A DNA stretch of 62,943 bases, the filler included, from Reticulomyxa filosa (taxonomy: Eukaryota; Protista; Foraminifera): the NCBI GenBank assembly GCA_000512085.1. It is 19 parts of 19 records of this genome, joined end to end, with 100 filler letters (N's around TTAATTAATTAA, not from the genome) between each part and the next. Parts side by side here need not be neighbours in the genome. Positions count along the whole stretch, not along the records: positions 51,147 to 57,160 come from ASPP01017250.1; positions 57,261 to 60,652 come from ASPP01022545.1; positions 60,753 to 61,829 come from ASPP01029089.1; positions 61,930 to 62,943 come from ASPP01038800.1; 15 more parts are not named here. One strand, given 5' to 3'. Under the pieces are notes generated by a model, which was given only the letters and a program-made list of their open reading frames with translations, ran no database searches and had not been told where the DNA came from. Shown here piece by piece: positions 51,147 through 62,943 of this stretch; the first letter of the stretch is position 1; each line of letters opens with the position of its first letter. The position numbers and the translations under genes were made by a program.

Positions 51147-51900
51147 CAATTAGAACAATACGCAAATCTTTTGTTGGAAATTGGAGACCGCAAAGTGTCT
51201 CAGGATGAAGTTGGCAATGCCTTGTTGTTGTATTTGAAAGGGCTAGATTTGCATGACCATGTCACCACTCAAATCCAACTGTGGCTAAACTCTTATTCTT
51301 GCATTTTGGTACATACGAATACAAGTCCGCAAACACAACACAATGAAGAAAATACACACAGTGATAACGATGATCCTTCCTCGCCAATGACGCTCAAGAC
51401 ATATTCACAAATGTTTTCTCAATGTATTTTTTTTTCCTTTTTTTTTTTTTTTTTGGAGTATATCCTTAAACGACATAAAAATGAAATAAAACAGTACTTT
51501 TGGAAAGCGTGGAAAAGTTTTGTTCATATTGCCAACGAGGTCAAGCAATTCGAAGGCTGTGTGAACAAAATCAATTAACTTTCCAAATGACTACTTCCAA
51601 TGTTAATGAGCTGCTTTACAATGAAGCAATTCAACTCAGTCGAAAGGCCGCCAGTGATTTAATGTTGGGTGATACCAGCAGTGTTGAACCGAGGTTGCAA
51701 CAAGCACAATTGTTATTTCAATACTTGTCATCTTTGCCTCAAATTCTCTCCGTGGACAAGATGACTTTAGATAAATGTTAACTTTCATTCTTTTCCCGTT
51801 CTCTCTTTGTTCTCCAAGGAAAGCCAAATTGGTGTGTCTTTATTACAGTCTCGTCTCAAATTCACAAGCATCTTAAAGCATTGCGCAATTGACAAACCTC
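51147..51900 (+). CDS. ATG1: ATG1/ULK kinase C-terminal tandem MIT (EAT) region, partial
   Basis: ALLLYLKGLDL and LLYNEAIQLSRKAASDLMLG...AQLLFQYL...DKMTLDK match Atg1 C-terminal helices. Exon borders are uncertain. Confidence 0.65.
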
Positions 51901-52438
51901 GTGCACCGTGGTTTATATTACAAAAAAAAAAAGTAAAAAAAAATTGAAGGGATAGTTTGTGAAATTTTTCTTTTTGTTTCATCTAAAGTGAAAACTCTCT
52001 TCAATTTTCATAAAAATTGTGTTAAAAAATCGATCTTACGTTAATTATTATTAACTTTTTCTTTACAAGCGCATTTTCAAATCATGATTTACAACTTTTT
52101 GTATCAAAATTAACAATTGCATGCCAACGAAAGCAATTGTGAAAAGAACAATGAAGATTGTCAGTGGTCGATATAGATTTCGTCACAAAATTTTTTTTGC
52201 ATATCAAAACACCAAATTGAAGACATTTTCAAACCCCTTTGCTCTACAAACTGCTTTGATACATATTTGAGGCTTGTACTTTTTTCTCTCCCTCCCGTCC
52301 CTCGTTTTTTTCCCTCCCCCTCTCTCTTCTTGTATCCTTTTCGCTCTTTTACAGCGACAACACCAACAAAACATACAAACGCAAAACATCAATTTTTTTT
52401 TTTTTTTAAAAAAAAGAAACAAGCAATAGACAAACACT

Positions 52439-55400
52439 TTATTGTAAACCAAAGCCTTGAGAGTACTCAATGGCTCGAGTAATTTTTTCTTGCATGATTT
52501 CTAAAGTGGGATAAGCGGGCAGCATCAAGGCATTGAAGCACGTATGAGCGGTAGGAAACATTTCGCCGTCATAAGGATCCGTACCGACTCTGTGAATAAC
52601 CAGTCCAAGTTTCCCCAAGCCTCGCAGAGGTGCCCGATACGATCCAGTAGTGAAAAACAAGAGTTTTTTTTTGCTTTCTTCGTCAAACGATTTGACGACT
52701 TTCCAAAACAAGCGAATGGAAGGATGTTCCGAGTGATATCCGCCCTCGTATTTGGTGGACACCTCCAGCGCGTCAAAATCGAGAATAGGATTGCCAACGA
52801 CCAGTTTTTCAAGCTCTTCGCCGGTGAAAAATCCAAAGGCATATCTGCCAACGACCATATGAAAGCCTTTTGCAAAAGATCTGAATTGCGGAGCAATGCT
52901 TTCATTCAAATACCAGCTGGTCAACTTTTCCACATACGTGGCAACATTTTGGTTGTCAACTTCGATGGAAGATCCATCGGGCACCAAATCGTGTTTCTTG
53001 CTTTCTCCAAACGTTTGATATTCGACGCTGAAGCACAGGCACAAGTCTTTGACATTGCGTCCACTTTGAGGATACGTAGCGATTTCTTCGACCGATTTGC
53101 CGAGCACGGGATCAAGGTCTTTGAGTTCACGAAGGCCAACCTCTTCGCCACAGAGTTTCTTATAAACGACGGCGGGGAACGTGATTCCAAGCAGCACGCC
53201 GTTGTAAATGCCCAAGCCGATAATGACGCCCAATAAACGGAAGGTGTTTTCGTCTTCGAAGGAATGCTGATTGAACCAATGCGTGTGCGTGGTATCATTG
53301 TAAATGAAGCATCCGTATTTCACATCGAACAGCTCGTCAATGATGAGTTGGAAAAACTCCTTCTTCACACCGCCTTGGTCGACCCCTTCCTCGCCGTCGA
53401 ACACCACTTTGAGCTCCTTGAAGAACTCGCTCGGCTTGTTGGTGGCCAAGTCCGTGACCTGCGCAAGCGTGTCCTGCAGCAGGTACTGTCTGCGAACGCG
53501 TAGGATGAAATAGGGATGCGACAGCGGGACGATCAAGTTTAGGCCACCGAGCATCATGTTGAAGTTCACCCCGTTCATTGCATTTTGGCGAGACAACTGT
53601 TGTTCGATTTGGATTATCTCACGTTTGGCCACGGGGTCCAATATAAACGGATACATACAAAACGCAAAGAAGTTATTACGATCGTTGTTATTTATATTGA
53701 AATTTATATGCAAATTACTGCTACTGATGCTGCTAATATTGTTATTGTTATTATTATTATTATTATTATTATTAATGAAATTATTATTAATATTAATATT
53801 ATTGTTATTATTAATATTATTATTAATATTATTAATATTATTATTGTTATTATTATTATTATTATTATTAATATTATTATTATTATTGTTATTATTAATG
53901 CTATTATTACTATTAGCATTATGGGTTTGCAGATATTCACGCCAACGCACAAAGTCACTTCGATAATTAATCAAACCACTTCGTGTCAGCGTTCGATTGT
54001 AAAACTCCTTCAATGGCAACTGCTCATCCACCTGCTTGATCTTTTGATTGGCCTGCCACAGAAAGTCCATGGCGATGACAATGTGGAATACGTATTTGTC
54101 GATCTTTTCCTTCAGCTCAATGAACATGGTCAAACAATCTTGCAGACGATGCAACAGTAAACGACGCGAGGCAATGTCCCACTGCGACAGCCAGTCGATC
54201 ACGTCCAAGCGCAATGTCTCGTTTGCGCGCGCCAAGAGGTCGTTCAGCATCGACGTCATTTCGTGATTGAATGACCCGTTTAACAACTCCGGGAAGATGA
54301 TCAAGATGAAGTAAAAGCGCAGCGCCATCGCATCGCTTTGCAACTGCACAAACTGATGGCTGTTACGAATCAAATTCGACATGGCCTTGATCAGCGTGTT
54401 CGTCGTCCTCGGATCCACCGTCAATATGTGTCGATACATGCTTTGGATCGACATCAAGTCCACGCCGGTGCCGGGCAGAAGATGCCACATGTTGTGATTG
54501 CTCGAAAACGACCCGTTTAGCAAGCTCGTCGAGGAGAACACCAGTCCCAAAATATCGGACAGTTGGTCTACTTTTTCCGTTTGCAATGCGACGTCGCACA
54601 GATATCGAATTGCCTTTTCGTCTACGTACACAGGTTGGAACATTGACAAGCTGCTGTTCAATGGCGACACTAATGCAACACTATTTGTTTCTTTTTCTTG
54701 CTCTTTTTGCTCTTTTTGCTCTTTTTGCTCTTTTTCTTGCTCTTGCCCTTTGTCCTTGTCCAAAGTCTCTGTCAACGCCAATGTGCAAAACGTGGTCGCA
54801 CAAAGCTTTCGTATCCGCTTGGCCTTGTTTTCCTCTCTGTTCCACACCACTTCATAAGGTTTCCATAACTTGGTGCCTTGACTTACATCGCCAGTGCATT
54901 GGCCCTGCGAATTGTGGCCAAAGGTCCATACACGCGCATTGTCCGTCACTGCTGTCTTTTGTTGCAATTGTATATATATTTATATATAAATATACATATA
55001 CATATATACATATATATGTATATATGTATATATATGTATATATGTATATATGTATATATATATACATATATATGTATATGTTTACATGATAAGAACCACA
55101 AGCGACTTGGGTAATCTTGATGGAAAGTTCAGTCCAGGGCCCTTGTACGACGGTGGGTACGGTGATATGCTGTAGGACGGCAAAGTCGGCGCCACATTGG
55201 CCGTAGAAGTTATTGCCGAAGCAGAGGACTTCGGACGCGGACGAGATGACGGACGAGTGGGAGGCGCCGCAGGACATGAGTTTGAGCTGCTTGCTGCGCA
55301 GATGCGACACTTCGGTGGGCTTGTTGCGATCGAGCGTGTCGTGGAGACCGAGTTGTCCGCAGTGGTTTTTGCCCCACGCAAACACTTGATTGTGTGCAGT

Positions 55401-56564
55401 TCGAACGAGACAATGGCTTTGTCCACAGGCGATTTCGACGACGGGCAGGAAGGCGAGATGGGAGATCGGACTGGGACGGTGATGAGGGAAGGACGAGGTG
55501 GCATCCCTTCCAAGAAGATTGACATCTTTTTTCAAAGTGGCCGTCATGGTAGTGAAGGGAGTGGTGGTATTGACAATGGGCCGTCCAAATGAATACGTCA
55601 TTCCCATTTCATCCAACACGATTGTGAATTTGTTGCCACAAGCTACTTGACATACTTGTTTCAAGTCGACGAGATCTTTTTTGGTTTGACTCTAGATATG
55701 TCATTCCTGTCATTAATATCATTTCCTTTTCCTCCTCCTCCTACTCCTCCTCTGCTCTTTTCTGGATCTTCTCCACATTGTCCCCTGTCATTGTTGCCTG
55801 CCATGCGAAGTCCACCCTTGGATGTCACATAGGCCGTATGGTCCTCGCCCATTTGAATCGACTGAACCGTACAGTCTTGCAGGTCGTCGAAACTCCTCCA
55901 TTCACGCACCTCGTTATCTGCCCCTCTGCCCACTTGTCCATCATAATTGTCCCCCCACGAGTATACGCCTTTGCACTCTCGTCGATACAATGCTGCTCCT
56001 TTCCACTTTGATGACAGGTCATTGAAATCACCCTTCACACTATGATTACTTATCAAACGCTGCGGTGGATACACTATATCTGTTTCCTCCGCGAAATCGC
56101 TTGATAATATATTTCCTCTTTCTTCTTTTCTTTCTTCCTTTCCTTTTTCTTTTTCTTTTTCTTTTTTCTTTGTCCAATATTGACAATAACAATGGATCTG
56201 CACAACCCCAACCATACACTTCCAACTCGTTCCATTCTTTTGCTTGTGCTTCGTTCTTCTTTCTCTCTTCGTCCGCTTCGCTCTCACTTTCAATCCATCT
56301 CTTCAGCTTTGCCTTCCACTCTACACTCAACTCCACTTCTTTCTTTGCTTGCGTTATCGTGCTCGCTTCCAATACTAACGACTGTCTTCGTCCTGTCTCT
56401 TCCGTTGTTTTGCTGTCGTACAATGGCACTGGGTGCTCGAACTGCGTCACGTCCGACGCTCTTCGCTCTCGGATCTTTCGGAATTTCTCTTCTCGGCTTT
56501 CTCTTCGCCGTCTTGATTCCAGCTGTTTCTCTTCCTCTGGTGTCAGCTTCTGTTCTTCCGACAT
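52439..56564 (-). CDS. RCC1-repeat HECT E3 ubiquitin ligase (small HERC-like); intron 55085-54956; two frame breaks
   Basis: RCC1 repeats (VYSWGDNYDGQVG, IACGQSH...VFAWGKNHCGQLG). HECT motifs FDGEEGVDQGGVKKEFF, LLFFTTGS and PTAHTCFN with the catalytic Cys. Confidence 0.95.
53685..53920 (-). repeat. Coding (AAT)n poly-Asn tract inside the HERC-like gene
   Basis: In frame and stop-free, between WREYLQTH and FFAFCMYPF. Confidence 0.9.
54970..55080. repeat. Intronic (TA/TG/CA) microsatellite
   Basis: Direct observation. Similar tracts lie in introns at 10209, 10790, 13940, 33035, 34195 and 43385. Confidence 0.9.
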
Positions 56565-57388
56565 CTTTTTTTCTTTTATTTCCGTTTTCTTTTTTTTTCC
56601 TCTTACTCTTCGCGTTCTGCTTCCCCCCCCCCCTTCTTTCACTAGTTGAACAACTTTTTAAAACAGGAGTGGATGATAACAGCTTTTTTTACATATCTTT
56701 TAACTCTTTTTTTTTTTTAACAATTCTTTCCGGTTGCTGTTTCTTCAATATTAAAGTAATTCAAAATCTTTTTTTTTATATAGATAAACGCAGATCTTTT
56801 GTTATCTTTGTTTTTTTCAGCCTCAATTTTCCTGATAAATATCCTCGGATATTTTGACATATGCTCATAAGCATGGACGATGGACGGAAAAAAAAGTAGT
56901 GTGTTGCCATTAGAAAATGGTTAAAATAATTCATGAACACTTGACTGTAAATTGTAAAAGAGTCAAGAAATTCGCAATTTAACAAATTTGGACAAAGAAA
57001 TCACAAATTGTAAAGACTTGCAAAAATTAAAAAGTAACCAATTTCTTTTTTGTTTTTCTTTCGGAGGACCCTTTTTTTTTTTTTTTTTTTTTTTTAAGCA
57101 TTTTTTATCTGCGTTTGTTATGTATCACACTTTGCAACGGCAATGGTAAAATGTTTCTTTNNNNNNNNNNNNNNNNNNNNNNNNNNNNNNNNNNNNNNNN
57201 NNNNTTAATTAATTAANNNNNNNNNNNNNNNNNNNNNNNNNNNNNNNNNNNNNNNNNNNNCAGTTATATATACATACATATTTAAATAAATAAAAATAAA
57301 TAAATATATATATATTTATCAATAATCATATCGACACATATACATATATGTATGTTGATATATGATATAATGTCGCAAACATGCAAAG

Positions 57389-60300
57389 GTTGGCTCAGTG
57401 AGACCAAAGGAAACGAGCAAGGAAACAGAAGAGTCAGATGTTAACTTGTCAAAGAGCAAACTAAGCCGACAGCAGTTAACTCAGTTAGTGGATGAGGCCG
57501 TGATCAAAGTGATGACGGATACAAACAACGTGTCAGGCCAGCTTCGTCCAGAAAGTGCAAAGTATTTGATACAGAACGAGGTGGTGACACTCACTCCTGC
57601 AATGCGTGTGGACATGATGAAGCAATGGACTTCCTCAGTGTTGCATTTGGAAGGCTTCATGGATTGGATTGTGAACGCGCTGTCGTCGGGCGGTGATTCG
57701 GATTGGTGGAACATGTTTTCAAGAAATACCTCCAAAAAAACCTCTTTCGATTCATTGCAAATCCACCGCTTTTTGGTAAAATAGGACTTTTTTTTTTAAT
57801 TTTATGTGTTTATATAAATGTATATATACATATATGCTATTTTTTTTTTTTTTTTGCTATATTGGGCCTTTTTTGTTTAATGTTATTTTGATTTACAGAC
57901 AATTGATCAATTGGACTTGTTAGGAGGTATTGACCCCGAATTATGGAAACAGAGCGCATTTTTTGAAACCTACATCAAAAAGCTCACTCCAAACGCAATG
58001 ATGAAATACGAAAATGTAGAATGGAGTCTTATCCCCAGGAAAGACCGCAAAGAGTTTTTGAACACTTTGTTCTCGTGGGCCTGCGAACGCTTGACTGAAC
58101 CCGTTCAACGAAGCTTGAAATCAGCCATTCTGTTTCTTTACATTGACTTGTATCAAGAAGAGGTATGCTTGTCGTATTTGCGAGTCTTCAATTTCCAATT
58201 TCACCCTCTTTTTTTTCCCCCCCTTCCTTTATTCGGGGATTCTCTTTGTTGTTGTCGATGAACTTTGTGAATGTGCGACGGGAGAGGAGGAACGATTAAA
58301 CTTTTTTTTTTAAAAAAAAAAAATGAAGGGGGTATACCAATACGAAGCACTGATCGAGTATTTGACCGTTCCAAAAAAAAATGAATACAATTCGAAACTT
58401 GTCGCCGCGTTTGAAAAGAATTCCCGAAAAGTGTGGGCCAATGGAGAGACTGCAAATTTCGGCTCTTCTTTTTCATTCCTTGATCGTTATCGCAGCGTTC
58501 CCCGTTGGACGAAGAGAGGGTTTGACTTTCTTTTATGTGGAGACCCCTTTTTTTTTAATTTTTTTATTTTATGGGTATGTAAACAAAGCAAATGAGAACA
58601 CATGTTTGTATGTGTTGTTTTTTTTTTGTTTTATTTCAAAAATGACCCCCCCTTTAAAAAAGTGATGAAACGATGATCCGCGAGATGCTGATGAATTTGT
58701 TCAGTGATGAGGCGCTATGGCAAAGCGTGTTGCAGACAAAGAAGGCATCGTCGTTTGTTCAAAAGAGCCGCAAAAAAACAGTTCGCGAAGCATTCCGCGA
58801 GTTTATTGACGACGAGGTGTTGGAGTCATGGGAAGCACAGGGATATTTGTACAGTGGGCAATCTGCAAACATGGCAGCTTGCATTGAAAAACTGTCGAAA
58901 TTGGAAAGCCAATCTTTTTTGGATACTTTGAAAAGTTGCAAATTTTTTTTATTTATTTATTTTCTCTTCGTTGGATAAAAAGAGGGGAACATTTGTGTAT
59001 TTTATGTATTTGTTATAATTTGATTAACTTGCCTCAGATGATGTGGAATTGGAATTCACCAAAAGCAATGTGGATCACACGGACATGAAAAGTCCATTGG
59101 AAGTGACGGTGCGAGCGAAAAACACAGGGGATATAATGTGCAAAGTATTTGAGATCAACACGCAAACATACTATCGAGAGAAGCAAGAGGACTTGAAGAC
59201 GGACTTGAGTTTGGACGGATTCCACGCGGCGCATGAATGGACGATCCAGCCCAAGGCGCAGCACTCGTTCCACCGCGTGACAGTGAAGATCCCACTGCCG
59301 AAAGAGCTGCAAAGCAAGCGAGGTGTGTTTTTCGTGGACCTGTTTGGCAATGGACATCATAGTCGTGCGGTGATCCAGCGTGGCGTCATGACGCACATTG
59401 AGCGCTGCACGGAGAGTGGACACAAGTTTGTGCTGCTGGACGAAGATCACGAAGTGATCAAAAACGCGAGCATTTGGATGAGTGGACATACGTACCAATC
59501 CAATACAGACAATGGCGAAATACACATTCCATTTTCGACGAAGCCGCAAACGCAAAAGATTATCTTGCAGCGCAATGACGATCCCAAGTTCAACGTGCTG
59601 ACGTCGTTTGAACACAAGGCGGAAACGTATCAATTGCAATGTGGCTTTTATTTGGATCGCGAGCAGATGCTGGCCAAAAAGCAGGCCACTGTAATAGTGC
59701 GTCCTGGCTTGCTGTTGAATGGCAATCGCGTCACGGTCGATCTATTGGAAAATGTTCAACTGTTTGTAGAAGTGAAGACAATGGATAGTCGAGGCATCAA
59801 CAAGACCTTTGACAACTTGAAAGTGTTTGATCACGTGGAATCGTACTGCACTATCAGCATGCCCATGAATGTGACCGACGTGGTGCTGCGTCTGTCTTGC
59901 CAAGTCACTAACCAATCACAAAGCTCGAAGGTCGATCTGGAAAAATCGCAGTCATTCCAAATCAACGGAATACATACGACAAATCGCATTTCGTGTTCCA
60001 TTTGATCCCGCGAGTCGATAACGCCTTCACTGTGGCACTGTACGGAAAGACGGGAGAACCCATCTCTCGCGTCCCATGTAAAATCACCCTCACCCATCGC
60101 TTCCTCCAATCCTCCATCGAAGTGGATATGACCACGGATGAACATGGACACATCCATTTGTCTGACATGACTGGCTTCACGCGACTCACCGCCTCGTACA
60201 GCCAAGGTGCCGCCCGAGGCGACTGGAACTTGGAAACGTACCTTTTCAGCAATGACGTGCCCAACGAGATTTCGATGAAAGAAGACACCGCTGTTTGCAT

Positions 60301-60630
60301 TCCTTTTGTCCATTGGGATAAGCAAGTGCAGCCCAAATTGCTGTTGTACAACACCTTGTACACCAAACAATATCCTGAATGCGTCAAGTATGACCCCAAC
60401 ACTAAAGAAATTGTCTTGCACAAATTGAAAGAAGGCATCTACGAGTTACTCATATTCGGCTGGAGGAATTCAATCAAAGTCCGCGTCATCCAAGCCAAAA
60501 CGGTCAGTCTTAATTACGCCTTCAATGAATATGAAGCCACGGAATTGTCCAAACCTAAATTTTTGCAAATTTGTAACATTTCTGGAAACAGAAAAGATGG
60601 TGTCAAAATTCATTTAGATGGGTTTTCAAG
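57389..60630 (+). CDS. Internal part of a very large uncharacterised protein (helical region, then macroglobulin-like beta-sandwich region); one frame break at ~59990
   Basis: Exons in ORFs 57398, 57911, 58323, 58673, 59043 and 59993. Motifs VFEINTQTYY, RGVFFVDLFGNGHHSRAVIQRG, GEIHIPFST, YLDREQML, VRPGLLLNG, LYGKTGEP, TDEHGHIHL. Confidence 0.8.
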
Positions 60631-60752
60631 TTTAATTTTTAAAAAAAAAAAANNNNNNNNNNNNNNNNNNNNNNNNNNNNNNNNNNNNNNNNNNNNTTAA
60701 TTAATTAANNNNNNNNNNNNNNNNNNNNNNNNNNNNNNNNNNNNNNNNNNNN

Positions 60753-60960
60753 TCAAAATCTTTAATCCACCCAAATCTAATATTTAATATTCGAATCCAA
60801 TGTTGAGTAATTATTTTGATCTCTTCTTCTTTAGCCTGGTTCAAACAAAGCCAAAATGTTAAATAAAAGAAAGAAGAAAAATATAAAGACAATTTGCTTA
60901 TTTAACTTCGATTGAAGGACTCAAATTCATTTTTTCTTTTCAGATTATTCGAGAGTTTTT
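60753..60960 (-). CDS. N-terminal fragment of an expanded WD40/kelch-family protein
   Basis: AKEEEIKIITQHWIRILNIRFGWIKDF, the same leader type as the gene at 41496-42700. Confidence 0.7.
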
Positions 60961-61288
60961 CTTTTTTAAAGGAAATACTTTATAAGATTGGTTTTGCTCA
61001 ATTTTTTTTTTTTTTTATTAAAAAAAAATTATGACTGATAACAGGAATGTGATATTACAAAATTTAGAATTAAATGCAAATTTAACAGTGAAAAAGCTTA
61101 TGTCTAATAAATATCTTTTTCTCAAATAAAATTGGTTCTTTTATTCTTCAATTATACAACAAAACCTCAATGAAAAAAAGTGCTATATATTTTTTGAAAC
61201 TTTTTTTGCAATATCTATAACACAGATATGACTTGAAACAAAGCCCAAAGATCTCTAAAAGACAAATTGTATCAAACAGAGTTAGTGC

Positions 61289-61520
61289 TTATAACTCTTT
61301 CTGTTGTCTAACAACAGCGATGAGTATTTGTTTGAGCGCGTCCAATTCAGCAGCAACGGTAAACAACTCAGCTTTGCAATCGGACAACTCTTTTGTCTTG
61401 TCATTGCCGTCCAACAGATTTCTGACGTTTCTCAATCGATTGTCAAACATAACCGTTAGTTTTTTTTCTGCAGTAATTTGGCTACTTTTTAGTGTCTTCA
61501 TCAAAAGAAGGATATTGACA
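61289..61520 (-). CDS. Short coiled-coil exon or gene fragment
   Basis: 71-codon ORF with heptad pattern and coding-like GC content. Confidence 0.35.
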
Positions 61521-62943
61521 TCTCAAAGTAGAAAATTTCGACAGTAGTTTAATATTTATCTTTAAGGTTGGTTATTTTAAAAGTTGAGAAAAAAAATTTG
61601 TTATTAATTCACTCGAGATGAAAGAAGTTTTTTTTTTTGAGCCCATTAACAAAAACTGTTTCTTCCATACGGGTTTTTTTTGTTTCCATTTTCCTGATTT
61701 AGAGAGATATGACTACTTTTTATTTTCATCAAAATTATCCCATCTGCAGATATCAGATATTACACAGCCCAACAAACAAACAAATGTTTGAGATGTAAAT
61801 CTTTTCTTATTTTGCAATGGTCTGGAAAANNNNNNNNNNNNNNNNNNNNNNNNNNNNNNNNNNNNNNNNNNNNTTAATTAATTAANNNNNNNNNNNNNNN
61901 NNNNNNNNNNNNNNNNNNNNNNNNNNNNNGATAATTACAGTAAAGATATTATGCCAGTGAAGGCATTGGGAGGTAATGCAATCTTAGTAAACAGATTTGA
62001 TAAAAAAGAAATAAGAGACTATGCACTCCAAGGCATTCACGTATTTGATAACTTGCAACAAGTGCGTCAATACTTGGAATCTACTTATGAATTTCCTCCT
62101 CTCAAATAATCCAAGTTGTTCTCAAATAAATTTTTTTTTCCACTCTTCGTTCTGTGTCGTGTGGAAACAAGGGGAAATTTTTTTTCACCAATCTTCCTTT
62201 TGCACTTTGTACCTGCAATACTTTTATTTATTCTTTGTTATTAAAAAAAATGAAACAATCTTTTGGCCTTGTCAATTGCAATTGCTGTCGTTACTAGTGT
62301 TGAATGTGAACAAATTATTACCATTCAAACACATTTCAGCACATACCAATCTGCATTTCAACACAAATACCAATTTACTGTAAATAATCTTTAAAAGAGA
62401 CAACATTATTAATGTTTGAACTCAAAAGTTTTTTTTTTCTTTTTCAAAAATATCTTTAATTCCTATTAACAAATCATAATGTCAAAGAAAGTTGTGTAAA
62501 TAAAGTTCAAAAAATTTACAAACCTGTTGATCGATACAGTAATAATATCCATTTGATGAATGTATACATATATTGATTTCCAATATAACTCAGATATCAC
62601 ACATTGACTCGAATGGGTAGCTTAGATCTAATTCTAAGTCTACTCTAAGAAATTAATGTTTTTTCCATTTTTTGGAAAAAAAAATGTCGGCCGCATTTCG
62701 GCAATATGGAAAATTCTCGTTTTCCCTCATCATCTTTTTTACTTAACATGTTGTATGTTGTCATTTTAAGTCAACATTCTCTAAACTATTCTTTTCTCTG
62801 GTTATTTCTTTATTTTTATTCAAGGTAACATTATGGTGACAAACTTGTCTTTAGTTCAAAGAAAATGACTAACAAAATCGATGCTATTTTCACACGTACT
62901 GTACAGGAGGAGATACTGTTTTATGGAAGCCAAATCGCGTTAC

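Noticed and set aside
52544-53503. Long antisense ORFs over the HECT domain (also 59034-60438 and 10238-10771)
   Set aside because: Antisense shadows caused by codon bias; no recognisable motifs.
9449-56564. Alternative genetic code
   Set aside because: TAA (LIAS), TAG (NPRL3) and TGA (CPR) all terminate conserved proteins at the expected ends. Internal stops occur only with other lesions.
13164-57160. Functional cluster of membrane-traffic and autophagy genes (PIP5K, COG1, NPRL3, REP, copine, ATG1)
   Set aside because: Most lie on different contigs joined artificially, so the adjacency is not evidence.
3529-61929. Regularly recurring TTAATTAATTAA as a biological repeat or CRISPR-like array
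   Set aside because: It is always centred in exactly 100 nt with 44 N on each side, so it is a concatenation linker. ORFs ending XXX-LIN are artefacts.
61930-62943. Possible decayed gene in the last contig (also 2780-3440)
   Set aside because: Only short broken frames with no recognisable motif; not supportable.

Overview
AT-rich, intron-containing eukaryotic nuclear DNA. It is not one locus: 19 short contigs are joined by 18 identical 100-nt artificial spacers (44 N + TTAATTAATTAA + 44 N), so neighbourhood across spacers means nothing. The W-I-x-D-F WD40-family N-termini, the TA-microsatellite introns and the many decayed gene copies suggest the foraminiferan Reticulomyxa filosa or a relative (inference). 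The code is standard: TAA, TAG and TGA all end intact genes. Recognisable genes are lipoyl synthase, a PIP kinase, NADPH-cytochrome P450 reductase, COG1, NPRL3, a bZIP factor, the TFIIIC B-block subunit, a SHIP-like PH-domain gene, copine, WD40 proteins, aldose 1-epimerase, an ATG1 C-terminus, an RCC1-HECT (HERC-like) ligase, two secreted or surface Cys-containing proteins and a giant beta-rich protein resembling an uncharacterised planctomycete/ciliate family. Decayed copies of REP/CHM, NEMF and probably RRP5 are present. Notable structure: seven single-base frameshifts in otherwise intact genes (most likely homopolymer sequencing errors), a 44-bp-arm hairpin, an inverted duplication in the NEMF pseudogene, a stop-free 111-nt intron and a repeated mini-exon-like motif. 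No rRNA, tRNA, CRISPR array or intact transposon was seen. Family assignments come from recalled motifs, not from database searches.
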